The notes under the pieces were generated by a model. That model was given only the letters and a program-made list of their open reading frames with translations. It searched no databases and was not told where the DNA came from. This document shows positions 1 through 7,200 of a stretch of 27,295 nt of DNA, one piece after another (position 1 is the first letter of the stretch; every line of letters begins with the position of its first letter). The position numbers were made by a program, and so were the translations under genes. The stretch is from a virus: UHGV virus genome UHGV-0068847. One strand, given 5' to 3'.

Positions 1-1143
1 TTACCCCGTTTTTACCCCAACAACGACCCAGTCTTTCCCTCGATCGTCGTTATACTTATCCGTCATTTTTCTGGACTTGTGCCCCAGCAGTTTCTGAGTA
101 TCCAGACCCTGTTCACGATACAGTCGCTCCGATAAAGAACGCTGTTCATGGAAAGTTGGGGGCGTACCGTTTTTCCACTCTAGGCCGCTTTTGTCTCTGG
201 CTTTTTTAAAAGTGGATGTCAGGCAGCTGCTCGACACTCGATCACCTCTATTGGCCTGGGATGTGGTGTGCCTGAAATGGACAAGATATTTACTGACAAC
301 CGCATCCCGACATTTTGAAATAACATCCCTGAGAGTGAGGCCCAGCACCTCGCATCTAAGATCTAACGGAATAGCCAGACGAGAACCTGTTTTTTCCTGC
401 TCGATATGGAGCATGTCATCCCATACATCGGTGAATTTCATATTGCATATATCACCAAGACGCTGACCAGTGATTAGGGCTAATAACATGCCACACTGAA
501 GATAAGGCTGCTGCTGTTCCGCCGTCTTATAAATAACACTCCATTCATCAAAGGAAAGACGCTGCCTTGTTATTCTATTTCTCGGTTGCTTAGTGGCTTG
601 CGCCGGATTGTATCCGGGGGCAACGTGTCCGGCATGTTGCGCCTCTTTAAAAACATCGATGAGCACCATTCTAACTACCTGAGCCATGCGATTGTGGCCT
701 TCGGCTTTAATGGCATCAGTTATTTCTGCAATATCGAGAGCTGAAATATCCTTTAGATGCTGCAGGCCGCAGTGTTCTCTGAATAAACGGACAGGCTTAC
801 CTTTTTGAAGAAAGGAGTTTGGTTTAAGCTCGTTATTTTTAAGCCTTTCCTCCTGAATGCCTATGTATTTATCGAGCCACTCAGTAACCGTAATATCAGT
901 GCGCCTGCCTTTCATCCGTGCCAGGCGATCATTCACGCTCAAGATCTGCCTAGTTCGCTGTTCAGCTATGATTATGTTAGCTTCTGTGGCGACTTGTTTA
1001 GCCTCGGATTCATCGGTTCCAAGGCTGTGAAAACGACCTGAAATAGGATGTTTATATTGCCAATATACCTTACCGGTGCGCTTATCCAATTTGCAGTACA
1101 GGTTAGGGATTGGTATTTTGTGAGTGCGTGGTCTAGCAGCCAT
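1..1143 (-). CDS. int: Tyrosine recombinase, lambdoid prophage integrase (380 aa from the ATG at 1143; TAA stop at 1-3)
   Basis: The track ORF 1-1149 begins TTG-CTG-ATG, so the ATG at 1143 is preferred. Tyrosine-recombinase catalytic segments are visible (ITGQRLGD, HEQRSLSERLY, LLGHKSRKMTDKYND). It overlaps the upstream xis-like ORF by 11 nt, as in lambda. Confidence 0.9.
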   Translation of the reverse strand: MAARPRTHKIPIPNLYCKLDKRTGKVYWQYKHPISGRFHSLGTDESEAKQVATEANIIIAEQRTRQILSVNDRLARMKGRRTDITVTEWLDKYIGIQEERLKNNELKPNSFLQKGKPVRLFREHCGLQHLKDISALDIAEITDAIKAEGHNRMAQVVRMVLIDVFKEAQHAGHVAPGYNPAQATKQPRNRITRQRLSFDEWSVIYKTAEQQQPYLQCGMLLALITGQRLGDICNMKFTDVWDDMLHIEQEKTGSRLAIPLDLRCEVLGLTLRDVISKCRDAVVSKYLVHFRHTTSQANRGDRVSSSCLTSTFKKARDKSGLEWKNGTPPTFHEQRSLSERLYREQGLDTQKLLGHKSRKMTDKYNDDRGKDWVVVGVKTG

Positions 1144-1369
1144 CAGCAATTATCCGTTGTAATCTTGGGCTGGCCGAAGTCGGAATTTTCGGTTCTGCAA
1201 GCATTCCTACAAATCGGGCATTACGATCAACCATCCAGCAGCGACCAACCTTAATTGCTGGAGGAGCCATCATTTTTCCCTTTGCATATTTTTTCAATAT
1301 GCGTTCACTTGGTGCTTGCTCTCCAAATTCCTCTTTTGCCCAGTCAAGTAAAGGGATCATTCGCGACAT
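1133..1369 (-). CDS. xis: Excisionase-like small DNA-binding protein (78 aa)
   Basis: Lies within track ORF 1133-1396. The internal ATG at 1369 is preceded by GGAGAAAATA. It sits immediately upstream of and overlaps int. It is small and basic, with a PPAIKVGRCWMV segment like lambda-type Xis. Confidence 0.72.
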   Translation of the reverse strand: MSRMIPLLDWAKEEFGEQAPSERILKKYAKGKMMAPPAIKVGRCWMVDRNARFVGMLAEPKIPTSASPRLQRIIADGC

Positions 1370-1410
1370 TATTTTCTCCATACAACCCGGCTGCACCCGG
1401 GCTTACAAAA

Positions 1411-1713
1411 TTATAATTTACTGCTGGTTGGCATAAGTGGGACAGCATAGAGCGGACCAGGCGCAACATCGTGATGACGCCATCGGATATCGCAGGTTCT
1501 TTCCTCGTTCGGCGATGACCATGCCACGACGTCAGCCACAGGCTCAGCATCAAACGCCGCAATAGCCCCATCAATCACCTTCACAGCATCAGCCATTGCG
1601 TAGCCGAGATTACCGCCGTCGCTTTGTGCTACTGCTTTGCTGAGTATTTCGTGTATCTGGTGCAGGCGATCGAGTGATACAGGACCGTGCGCCGGGTGGT
1701 TGTTAGTTGTCAT
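1411..1713 (-). CDS. Hypothetical early-left protein (100 aa)
   Basis: Clean ORF. An AAGGA Shine-Dalgarno (SD) lies 7 nt upstream inside the end of the preceding gene. Same strand and tight spacing with the operon. No domain recognised. Confidence 0.7.
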   Translation of the reverse strand: MTTNNHPAHGPVSLDRLHQIHEILSKAVAQSDGGNLGYAMADAVKVIDGAIAAFDAEPVADVVAWSSPNEERTCDIRWRHHDVAPGPLYAVPLMPTSSKL

Positions 1714-1716
1714 GGG

Positions 1717-2193
1717 TTAGTCCTTCACAAAGATAATCCAGTGGGTTTTGTCGTTCTTCCCGGTACGCTGACCAATTGCAGGTTTCACATCTGTAAGAGC
1801 CAGAATCTGGCTAACTGGGATTTGTGTTTCGTTCCATTTGAAAATAAGCACGCCGCGTGGCCACAGCACCCGAAACGCTTCTTTGAAACCGGCGCGCAAA
1901 TCAGAACGCCACGTTTTTTTGTTCAATCGCCCGTACTTTTTACCCATCCAGGCAGACTGGCCCACGCGTTCCAGGTGCGGCGGGTCAAACACCACAACCG
2001 GAAAAGAAGAATCAGCGAACGGCAATGAACGAAAGTCGGCAATCAGGTCTGGACTGATAACCAGGCGGCGACCGTCGCACAGTTCGTGCTCTTCGGCGCG
2101 GATATCAGTGAACACGGCGCGGGTGTCCTGCTTGTTGAACCAGAACATGCGGGAGCCACAACACACATCCAAAATTATTTGCTCTGCCATCAT
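1717..2193 (-). CDS. Small SAM-dependent methyltransferase with a DPPH motif (N6A/N4C-type DNA MTase-like, 158 aa)
   Basis: Motif I-like LDVCCGSRMFWF, followed by motif IV VVFDPPH. The ATG at 2193 forms an ATGA overlap with the upstream stop and is preceded by AAGGGGGA. No obvious target-recognition domain (TRD). Confidence 0.8.
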   Translation of the reverse strand: MMAEQIILDVCCGSRMFWFNKQDTRAVFTDIRAEEHELCDGRRLVISPDLIADFRSLPFADSSFPVVVFDPPHLERVGQSAWMGKKYGRLNKKTWRSDLRAGFKEAFRVLWPRGVLIFKWNETQIPVSQILALTDVKPAIGQRTGKNDKTHWIIFVKD

Positions 2194-2660
2194 TCCCCCT
2201 TCACGCCAATGCCAGCGGCGCGGATTGCGTCGGCACATTCTTCCAGTGCAAAGTTATATTTATCAGAAACTAGCCCGTAACCTTTCGGGTACGGCGTCGG
2301 CAGCGTCACGGTCCGCGCCACCAGTTCTGCTATGCGCTTCTCTGCAATTTCCAGCTCATCCAGCAGCGCCAGCACAGTGGCAGGGTTAGCGGCGGCGATG
2401 AATTCTGCGTTGCGTTTGGCTGTCTCATCCCAAGCCATGTGGTAATCGTGATCCAACTCTTCGTGAATGCACGCTGCTGTGGAATTGGTCATGTCGAGCA
2501 ATGACTCGCTACCGACGTAAACCGCGTATGAGTGGTATCCAGACGCTCTGTCTTCACCCTCGCCGTATTCACCGTCAGTTTCGACAACATCGGACCACCA
2601 TTCGCCCTGGGTGGCTTTCTCTGCTGTTTGGCGCAGCGCCTGTTTGTTGAGTGCTGTCAT
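2190..2660 (-). CDS. Ead/Ea22-like early protein (156 aa)
   Basis: Central acidic region plus the ANPATVLALLDELEIAEKRIAEL coiled segment typical of the Ea22-like family (recalled). ATGA overlap with the upstream gene. Confidence 0.65.
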   Translation of the reverse strand: MTALNKQALRQTAEKATQGEWWSDVVETDGEYGEGEDRASGYHSYAVYVGSESLLDMTNSTAACIHEELDHDYHMAWDETAKRNAEFIAAANPATVLALLDELEIAEKRIAELVARTVTLPTPYPKGYGLVSDKYNFALEECADAIRAAGIGVKGE

Positions 2661-3733
2661 TGGGCTGCCTCCATTGCGAATGTCCCTGCTGTGATAGCCA
2701 TTGCAAGCCTTTGTGCTGCAGCTTTCTGTGCCGGAACGCTGGCAATTACCGTGGCTCTTTCTTTGCTGGCATCAGCACAAACACCATCCCATGAAGAGAT
2801 AAGGAAGAAGTCTTCCAGCTCGGTCATTGTGGCTTTTGTTACCAGTTCTTCGATCATCTGCACGATGATATGCGCAGGGCGACGCCTCAGTAGTTCCTGG
2901 ACTGCATAGCCAAACGCATTGATCATCACCGCATGGAATTGGATGTAATCTCGCTTGTATTCAGCTGGTGATACACCGTGTCGGATACCATCAATAGCCG
3001 TCAGCTTCAGCCACGCTTCCCAAAGGTCATAAATATCGCCAGTAGACAGCGCATCGTCCCCGTTACCCGCGAATTTAGCAGTTGCATCACCAACGGCCTT
3101 AAAACTAATCCAGAGGTCACTTTTTGCCGGAACCACGCTGTGTTCAAAATCGGTGATCTCGGAGAACACTGAGTGAGTGGAGAGGAATGACACCATTGTC
3201 TGGGCAACCTGATCCCTGCCGTTATAAGCCATATTTATTGCTGCAGAAGGCTTAGATACGTTGTTATTGATATCAGAGAAAAATTGCTGGCGTGTCTTCA
3301 GTGGTAGTTGCAGAGTCATCATCAAAGGTACAAACAGGGGTGTATCGTATTCTCTGCAGAACATGGTTATACCTGCACCACGATGTTGCCCATCAAAAAG
3401 TTTAATTTCTGCGTCCATTGGGAACCGAACAACGCCTACGTTTGTATTGCCGAACTCTTCAAACTCCACATGTGAAGCACAGTTACCAACCAGTGGTGGG
3501 ATGATGAAAGGCTCCTTATTTTCAGCAGCTGCCACTAGGTATTCGTAAAAATTTTTTACGCGTGATTTATTGAGTTCACGCTGAGAACGCTCAAGCGTGT
3601 GTCCGTAATTATCAGATGCCAGTACGCGGGATAGGGTTCGTCCTGGAACGTTCATCAAAAGAATAAGCGTATCCCCCTGCAAGCCGCGAGAGGCAGGGAA
3701 CTCGAAGTAATACTCCATACTCGATTTGCTCAT
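2657..3733 (-). CDS. DGQHR-domain protein (DndB-like, ParB/Srx-fold), 358 aa
   Basis: Literal FDGQHRGAG motif, preceded by ERSQRELNKSRVKNFYEYL and PFIIPPLV, and followed by FSDINNNVSKPS. This arrangement matches the DGQHR/DndB family. ATGA overlaps at both ends. Confidence 0.85.
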   Translation of the reverse strand: MSKSSMEYYFEFPASRGLQGDTLILLMNVPGRTLSRVLASDNYGHTLERSQRELNKSRVKNFYEYLVAAAENKEPFIIPPLVGNCASHVEFEEFGNTNVGVVRFPMDAEIKLFDGQHRGAGITMFCREYDTPLFVPLMMTLQLPLKTRQQFFSDINNNVSKPSAAINMAYNGRDQVAQTMVSFLSTHSVFSEITDFEHSVVPAKSDLWISFKAVGDATAKFAGNGDDALSTGDIYDLWEAWLKLTAIDGIRHGVSPAEYKRDYIQFHAVMINAFGYAVQELLRRRPAHIIVQMIEELVTKATMTELEDFFLISSWDGVCADASKERATVIASVPAQKAAAQRLAMAITAGTFAMEAAQ

Positions 3734-3984
3734 AGCGCGCTTCCCTGTCTGGCTCTATTCAATAGCTGGTTAAACATCATGGTTAGGCTGTTACTACACC
3801 CAAACGGCATATCGTTAACACGGTATGTTGGAATGCCCTTGCGAACACCAGACTTCACGATCCGGCCTGTGCCATAGAGTTGCGATAATGCTCCGGCGAC
3901 CGCTGGCGTAGTTTTGTTCATACCTTTGGCGATTTCACCGCTGGTGGTATTCGGATGAGCCTGGAGATATTCAAATACGGTCAT
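3730..3984 (-). CDS. Small winged-helix DNA-binding protein (84 aa)
   Basis: The N-terminal FEYLQAHPNTTSGEIAKGMNKTTPAVAGALSQLYGTGRIVK has an HTH plus wing pattern (MarR/wHTH-like). ATGA coupled on both sides. Confidence 0.7.
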   Translation of the reverse strand: MTVFEYLQAHPNTTSGEIAKGMNKTTPAVAGALSQLYGTGRIVKSGVRKGIPTYRVNDMPFGCSNSLTMMFNQLLNRARQGSAL

Positions 3985-4148
3985 GGCGTTTTACCTTTAC
4001 GTTCCTGTTCCAGTTGCACCAGAGACTCTTTTAATGCTGCGAACGTAGTGTCCAGTCTGGTGGCGACTTCGCGCATAAGCGGTGCATGCTTTGGTGGCAA
4101 TTCAGCAACGGAGGCAAAAGCCTCCGCTACGAGTTCTTTTACCTTCAT
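3981..4148 (-). CDS. Hypothetical 55-aa protein (below the track cut-off)
   Basis: Hand translation gives MKVKELVAEAFASVAELPPKHAPLMREVATRLDTTFAALKESLVQLEQERKGKTP. It exactly fills the gap between two genes, with ATGA overlaps at both ends. Confidence 0.5.
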   Translation of the reverse strand: MKVKELVAEAFASVAELPPKHAPLMREVATRLDTTFAALKESLVQLEQERKGKTP

Positions 4149-4684
4149 GCGGCACATTGGCGCTGCTCCATCAACTCATTAAAGCGATTTATGAACATGC
4201 CGTATGACTGGCCTGGACGAACTGGGTTGATGATGAATAGGTCCGTCGGGACAACGCCATTGAGGCATGGCCACACGGAACCTTCGTCAATTTCAAAATC
4301 GCGGCGTTCGCTGGCGAGCATCACCAGATCGGCATATTTCACGGTTGGGTGTTGCTCCATAGGAAGGCCAAATTTCTGGCGAATAGCAGCGTCTACGCGA
4401 GCTTCGATCACCTGGTAATCCGGTAACAGGCGCTTAAGCGGTGAGGGGATATCCTGCAGGTATGCTTCGGCGGCATCATGAAGCAGTGCTTCTAATGCAA
4501 ACTCCTGCGGAACGAGATGGCTGGTTAAAACGCTATGCTGGCCGACGCTGTAAAACTCAGGAAGATGCCCAGCAAAGCGGCAGATATGAGACAACGCGGT
4601 AGCGATATCTTCGATCACGATATCGTCCTGTTGGATATCGAGGTAATTAAAATGTTTGCCGGATAATGTCTGAATGTAGCTCAT
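4145..4684 (-). CDS. yfdR: HD-domain phosphohydrolase, YfdR-like 5'-deoxynucleotidase (179 aa)
   Basis: H...HD...D pattern (LSHICRFAGH, ALLHDAAEAY, DLVMLASERRD). The ATG at 4684 is preceded by GGAGAAAACC. Size and motifs match the recalled CPS-53 YfdR. Confidence 0.82.
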   Translation of the reverse strand: MSYIQTLSGKHFNYLDIQQDDIVIEDIATALSHICRFAGHLPEFYSVGQHSVLTSHLVPQEFALEALLHDAAEAYLQDIPSPLKRLLPDYQVIEARVDAAIRQKFGLPMEQHPTVKYADLVMLASERRDFEIDEGSVWPCLNGVVPTDLFIINPVRPGQSYGMFINRFNELMEQRQCAA

Positions 4685-4776
4685 GGTTTTCTCCATATTG
4701 GCGCGCTGCACCGCGCAGATTTTGGTTGCACGAATCCCTCGCCGGTTGGCGATAATTAATGGAATTACGCTTCAAT

Positions 4777-4800
4777 AAATCCCCGCGGCGCCGGGGATTT
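4777..4800 (-). terminator. Stem-loop between the yfdQ-like and yfdR-like genes (possible intra-operon terminator or processing site)
   Basis: Perfect 9-bp stem AAATCCCCG/CGGGGATTT with a 6-nt loop. On the minus strand it is followed by TTTATTGAAG, which is only moderately U-rich. Confidence 0.45.
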
Positions 4801-4812
4801 AATGCAGAGCAA

Positions 4813-5640
4813 TTAGGCTTTAAAGTTACCGATGAAAGTTTCCACTGATTCACCGTCGAACTTGCTGATCAGCAAATCGCGGAATTCGTTGGCGATCTCT
4901 TCTTCCTGGGCTTCAAGTTGGATGATGCGCAGAACAAAGCAGGGTTCATCGCTGGTCAGCAGGCTGTTACGCAAGCTAAAGCGGCGTTCGCCCAGACCTT
5001 CATACGGCACACATTTGAACTCGAATGCCACAGGCATTACGTCTTTGCTGCTTGCTTCAACGCTTTGCATCAGGGATTTTTTACCAGCGAAATCACTAGT
5101 TTCATGGTCCTGCTGGGTTGCTTGTTGAATGGTGATACGACGCACTGCCTGAGCCGCCTGGGAAATCTGCATCGTATTACCATCGGCATCAAACGCCAGC
5201 AGGTAATCACTCCAGTCTTCCAGCCATTCAGCAATTTGCTTTTGCTTCAGACGTTGACCATCGATCTGCAGTAACGCGCGGAACGGGGCGGTTTTCTTCA
5301 GGGTGATTGAAGCAACGTTATCGGCGTGACCGGGATTATCCAGGGTGCCGATGTTGAACACTGAACGGGCGGTCATATTGTCAGCGTCAATGAAGCAACG
5401 AGCTGGCTCACTGTCGCTGGCGTAACCTTTAGAATAACGTGCGAAGTCGTCAATACTGGTTGTGGTCATTGCGCCACGAAAGCGGAAACGCTCCAGAGAA
5501 AAGCGCTCAAGGCTTTCAACGCCAGTACCATCTGGCAGCAATGCGGTCGGGCAAGCCAGGCCATGAATATCATTCAGGTGATAACCTGAAAGAACCAGGT
5601 CTTTGACCTGCTTGAAGGTACCGCTGTCTAACTGAGACAT
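4813..5640 (-). CDS. yfdQ: YfdQ-like DUF2303 family protein (275 aa)
   Basis: Long clean ORF with an AGGA SD 6 nt upstream. Family assignment is from recall of the CPS-53 yfdP-yfdQ-yfdR order and size (about 274 aa). Confidence 0.8.
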   Translation of the reverse strand: MSQLDSGTFKQVKDLVLSGYHLNDIHGLACPTALLPDGTGVESLERFSLERFRFRGAMTTTSIDDFARYSKGYASDSEPARCFIDADNMTARSVFNIGTLDNPGHADNVASITLKKTAPFRALLQIDGQRLKQKQIAEWLEDWSDYLLAFDADGNTMQISQAAQAVRRITIQQATQQDHETSDFAGKKSLMQSVEASSKDVMPVAFEFKCVPYEGLGERRFSLRNSLLTSDEPCFVLRIIQLEAQEEEIANEFRDLLISKFDGESVETFIGNFKA

Positions 5641-5696
5641 AAAAATTCCTTATTAACTGATGATCAAAGTGGTATCAGTGAGTTTGTTGTTGCGGA

Positions 5697-6068
5697 TCAC
5701 TGTGCCGCTTTAAGCTTTCCATCCACCGCGCCAGTGATCCCGAACAGCTGACCCTGATCTTCCTGCAGGATGGTTAGCTTCCCGCCTTTGTTGACCCACA
5801 TCGGGGTTTCGGTTGTGTCCTCTTCGGAGGCTTTACCACGCGGTGTCGGGGTGCTGTAGTTCAGCTTGTGCTTGATCTTCACGCGCTTCTCTTCAACGGA
5901 ATTACCCATACGCTCAAAATCAAATGTGAGGACTACTTTGCCTTTGTTGCCGTTGTTCAGAACGCCAAGCGCGGTAGTATTAAGTGCTGCCGCGATTTTG
6001 TTCATGAACACGCCGGCATCCAGTTCGCCAAGAAAATCTGGCACTACGGTCATGCGGTCATTACTCAT
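5697..6068 (-). CDS. Hypothetical early protein, positionally YfdP-like (123 aa)
   Basis: Clean ORF with a GAGGG SD 7 nt upstream. First sizeable gene of the leftward operon. The family name rests only on synteny recall. Confidence 0.7.
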   Translation of the reverse strand: MSNDRMTVVPDFLGELDAGVFMNKIAAALNTTALGVLNNGNKGKVVLTFDFERMGNSVEEKRVKIKHKLNYSTPTPRGKASEEDTTETPMWVNKGGKLTILQEDQGQLFGITGAVDGKLKAAQ

Positions 6069-6298
6069 GGTTTTACCCTCGTTAAGGCGGCTGCAACCGC
6101 CGAACTTTCTCCATACACAACAGAGAAGGGCACCTGCATTGGTCGGCGGCTTGCAGAGACCGCTTTCTTTTTGCCCGGGTGGATTGGGTTATGAGCCCGT
6201 CGCCCGGTGATGCCCTTTTCTGTTGTGCCTTGAAAAAGGCTGGCGGTTACCGGACAAGTGGGAAAACACCGGGCCGCCAGAATAGTGGTACAAGGCAT
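6065..6298 (-). CDS. Questionable 77-aa basic ORF in the pL leader
   Basis: Strong SD (GGTGAGGATAACAAATG) and an ATGA overlap with the next gene. However, the region is GC-rich and hairpin-dense, several frames are open on both strands, and the amino-acid composition is odd. Confidence 0.35.
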   Translation of the reverse strand: MPCTTILAARCFPTCPVTASLFQGTTEKGITGRRAHNPIHPGKKKAVSASRRPMQVPFSVVYGESSAVAAALTRVKP

Positions 6299-6343
6299 TT
6301 GTTATCCTCACCAAACGTACCAATGATTACGTTTGATGATTTA

Positions 6344-6372
6344 AATGTACCTTTAGTTACCTTTGCGGTCAA
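6344..6372 (-). promoter_or_regulatory. Candidate pL promoter
   Basis: On the minus strand: TTGACC (6372-6367), 17-nt spacer, TACATT (6349-6344). The spacer and -10 are overlapped by operator box A. Confidence 0.55.
6346..6365. promoter_or_regulatory. Operator box A (TGTACCTTTAGTTACCTTTG)
   Basis: One of three near-identical 20-mers, 19/20 identical to box C. Overlaps the pL -10 and spacer. Confidence 0.6.
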
Positions 6373-6380
6373 GCGAGTAA

Positions 6381-6400
6381 TGTACTTTATGTTACCTTTG
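6381..6400. promoter_or_regulatory. Operator box B (TGTACTTTATGTTACCTTTG)
   Basis: 18/20 identical to box C. Lies just upstream of the pL -35. Confidence 0.55.
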
Positions 6401-6407
6401 GGAATGT

Positions 6408-6432
6408 AAAAAAGCCGAGGCTATGCTCGGCT
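6408..6432 (-). terminator. Intrinsic terminator downstream of the repressor gene
   Basis: 7-bp stem AGCCGAG/CTCGGCT with a 6-nt loop. On the minus strand it is followed by TTTTTT (plus-strand A-run 6408-6413). Lies 17 nt past the cI stop. Confidence 0.7.
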
Positions 6433-6448
6433 CTTAATTTTGAAGGGA

Positions 6449-7108
6449 TTAAATGTTTTGAGTGATTTGTACAACTTTTCCGACAATGCGACAGTTACCA
6501 TCAATTTGGATTGGCTTAAATAACGGATTCAGTGGCATTAGGTATGAGTAGGGGCTATCCCAAACTAATTTTTTAACCGTTGCTTCTGATGTCCCATCCA
6601 ATATAGCAACGACTATTTTCCCATATAGATCATCAAGCTGCCCATAATGGGGCTCGACTATAACAATAGAACCTTCTGGTATAGATGGAAGTCCTTGCGG
6701 GTTAGTCATCGACTCACCGCGGACTACTAACCCAAACGCTTCATCCGATACATTTGCAGTTGTTTGAGTCCAGGAAATCACGTCTGTAAGTCTTGAGCAG
6801 GCATAGCTATCCGTCCATAAACCGGCTTGAACTGCCGATATGATCGGTACAGCTACAGGGGGTTTCAAAAAAGGCACGACGCGCGTGTCGTCAATGGCCT
6901 CATCACCGCTTCCATAGAGTATCCACTCTGGTGTTGTTGATAGAGCCTGAGCCAACTGGTGAAGGTTCTCACCATCAGGCTTTGTCGTGCCGTTTTCCCA
7001 TTTTGTAACCGATACACGGCTTACACCAAGCTTTTTAGCCAGTGCTAATTGGGTTATATCCAGCTGGATTCGTCTGGATCTGATGCGGTCTTTCATCTCT
7101 GTTTTCAT
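6449..7108 (-). CDS. cI: cI-type prophage repressor (XRE HTH plus S24 LexA-like autopeptidase), 219 aa
   Basis: N-terminal HTH (LTQLALAKKLGVSRVSVTKWENG), an Ala-Gly cleavage site (VQAGLW), the catalytic Ser in RGESM and the Lys in ATVKKL. Divergent from the cro-like gene. Confidence 0.92.
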   Translation of the reverse strand: MKTEMKDRIRSRRIQLDITQLALAKKLGVSRVSVTKWENGTTKPDGENLHQLAQALSTTPEWILYGSGDEAIDDTRVVPFLKPPVAVPIISAVQAGLWTDSYACSRLTDVISWTQTTANVSDEAFGLVVRGESMTNPQGLPSIPEGSIVIVEPHYGQLDDLYGKIVVAILDGTSEATVKKLVWDSPYSYLMPLNPLFKPIQIDGNCRIVGKVVQITQNI

Positions 7109-7127
7109 GTAACCAATGTTACACCCT

Positions 7128-7156
7128 TTGCTTGTAACTGTTGTTTGCTATTTAAT
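7128..7156 (+). promoter_or_regulatory. Candidate pR promoter
   Basis: TTGCTT (7128-7133), 17-nt spacer, TTTAAT (7151-7156). The predicted start falls inside operator box C, and GGAGG lies 5 nt upstream of the cro ATG. Confidence 0.55.
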
Positions 7157-7175
7157 GTACCTTTTGTTACCTTTG
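7156..7175. promoter_or_regulatory. Operator box C (TGTACCTTTTGTTACCTTTG)
   Basis: Third copy of the 20-mer. It abuts and overlaps the pR -10 and +1. A degenerate related sequence (GTTACACCCTTTG / GTAACCAATGTTAC) lies at 7109-7140. Confidence 0.6.
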
Positions 7176-7200
7176 GTTCATTCATCACACCGGAGGAACT

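Noticed and set aside
4647-4853. 68-aa minus-strand ORF spanning the yfdQ/yfdR-like intergenic region
   Set aside because: It overlaps the ends of two well-supported genes and runs through the 4777-4800 stem-loop. There is no independent start signal.
6227-6240. GCCTTGAAAAAGGC hairpin resembling lambda boxB (GCCCTGAAAAAGGGC)
   Set aside because: It reads this way only on the plus strand, whereas pL transcription is leftward. On the transcript the loop would be UUUC. No boxA or N gene is present, so it is not called a nut site. It is kept only as part of the structured leader.
6179-6409. 76-aa plus-strand ORF across the pL region
   Set aside because: It runs through the pL promoter, both left operator boxes and the cI terminator. 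It is opposite to all local transcription signals.
7154-7182. Leftward pRM-like promoter for cI (TACATT -10 on the minus strand)
   Set aside because: The -10-like hexamer is present, but the -35 position reads AATGAA and no SD precedes the cI ATG. It is plausible for an activator-dependent promoter but too weak to annotate as a feature. It is mentioned only under the operator finding.
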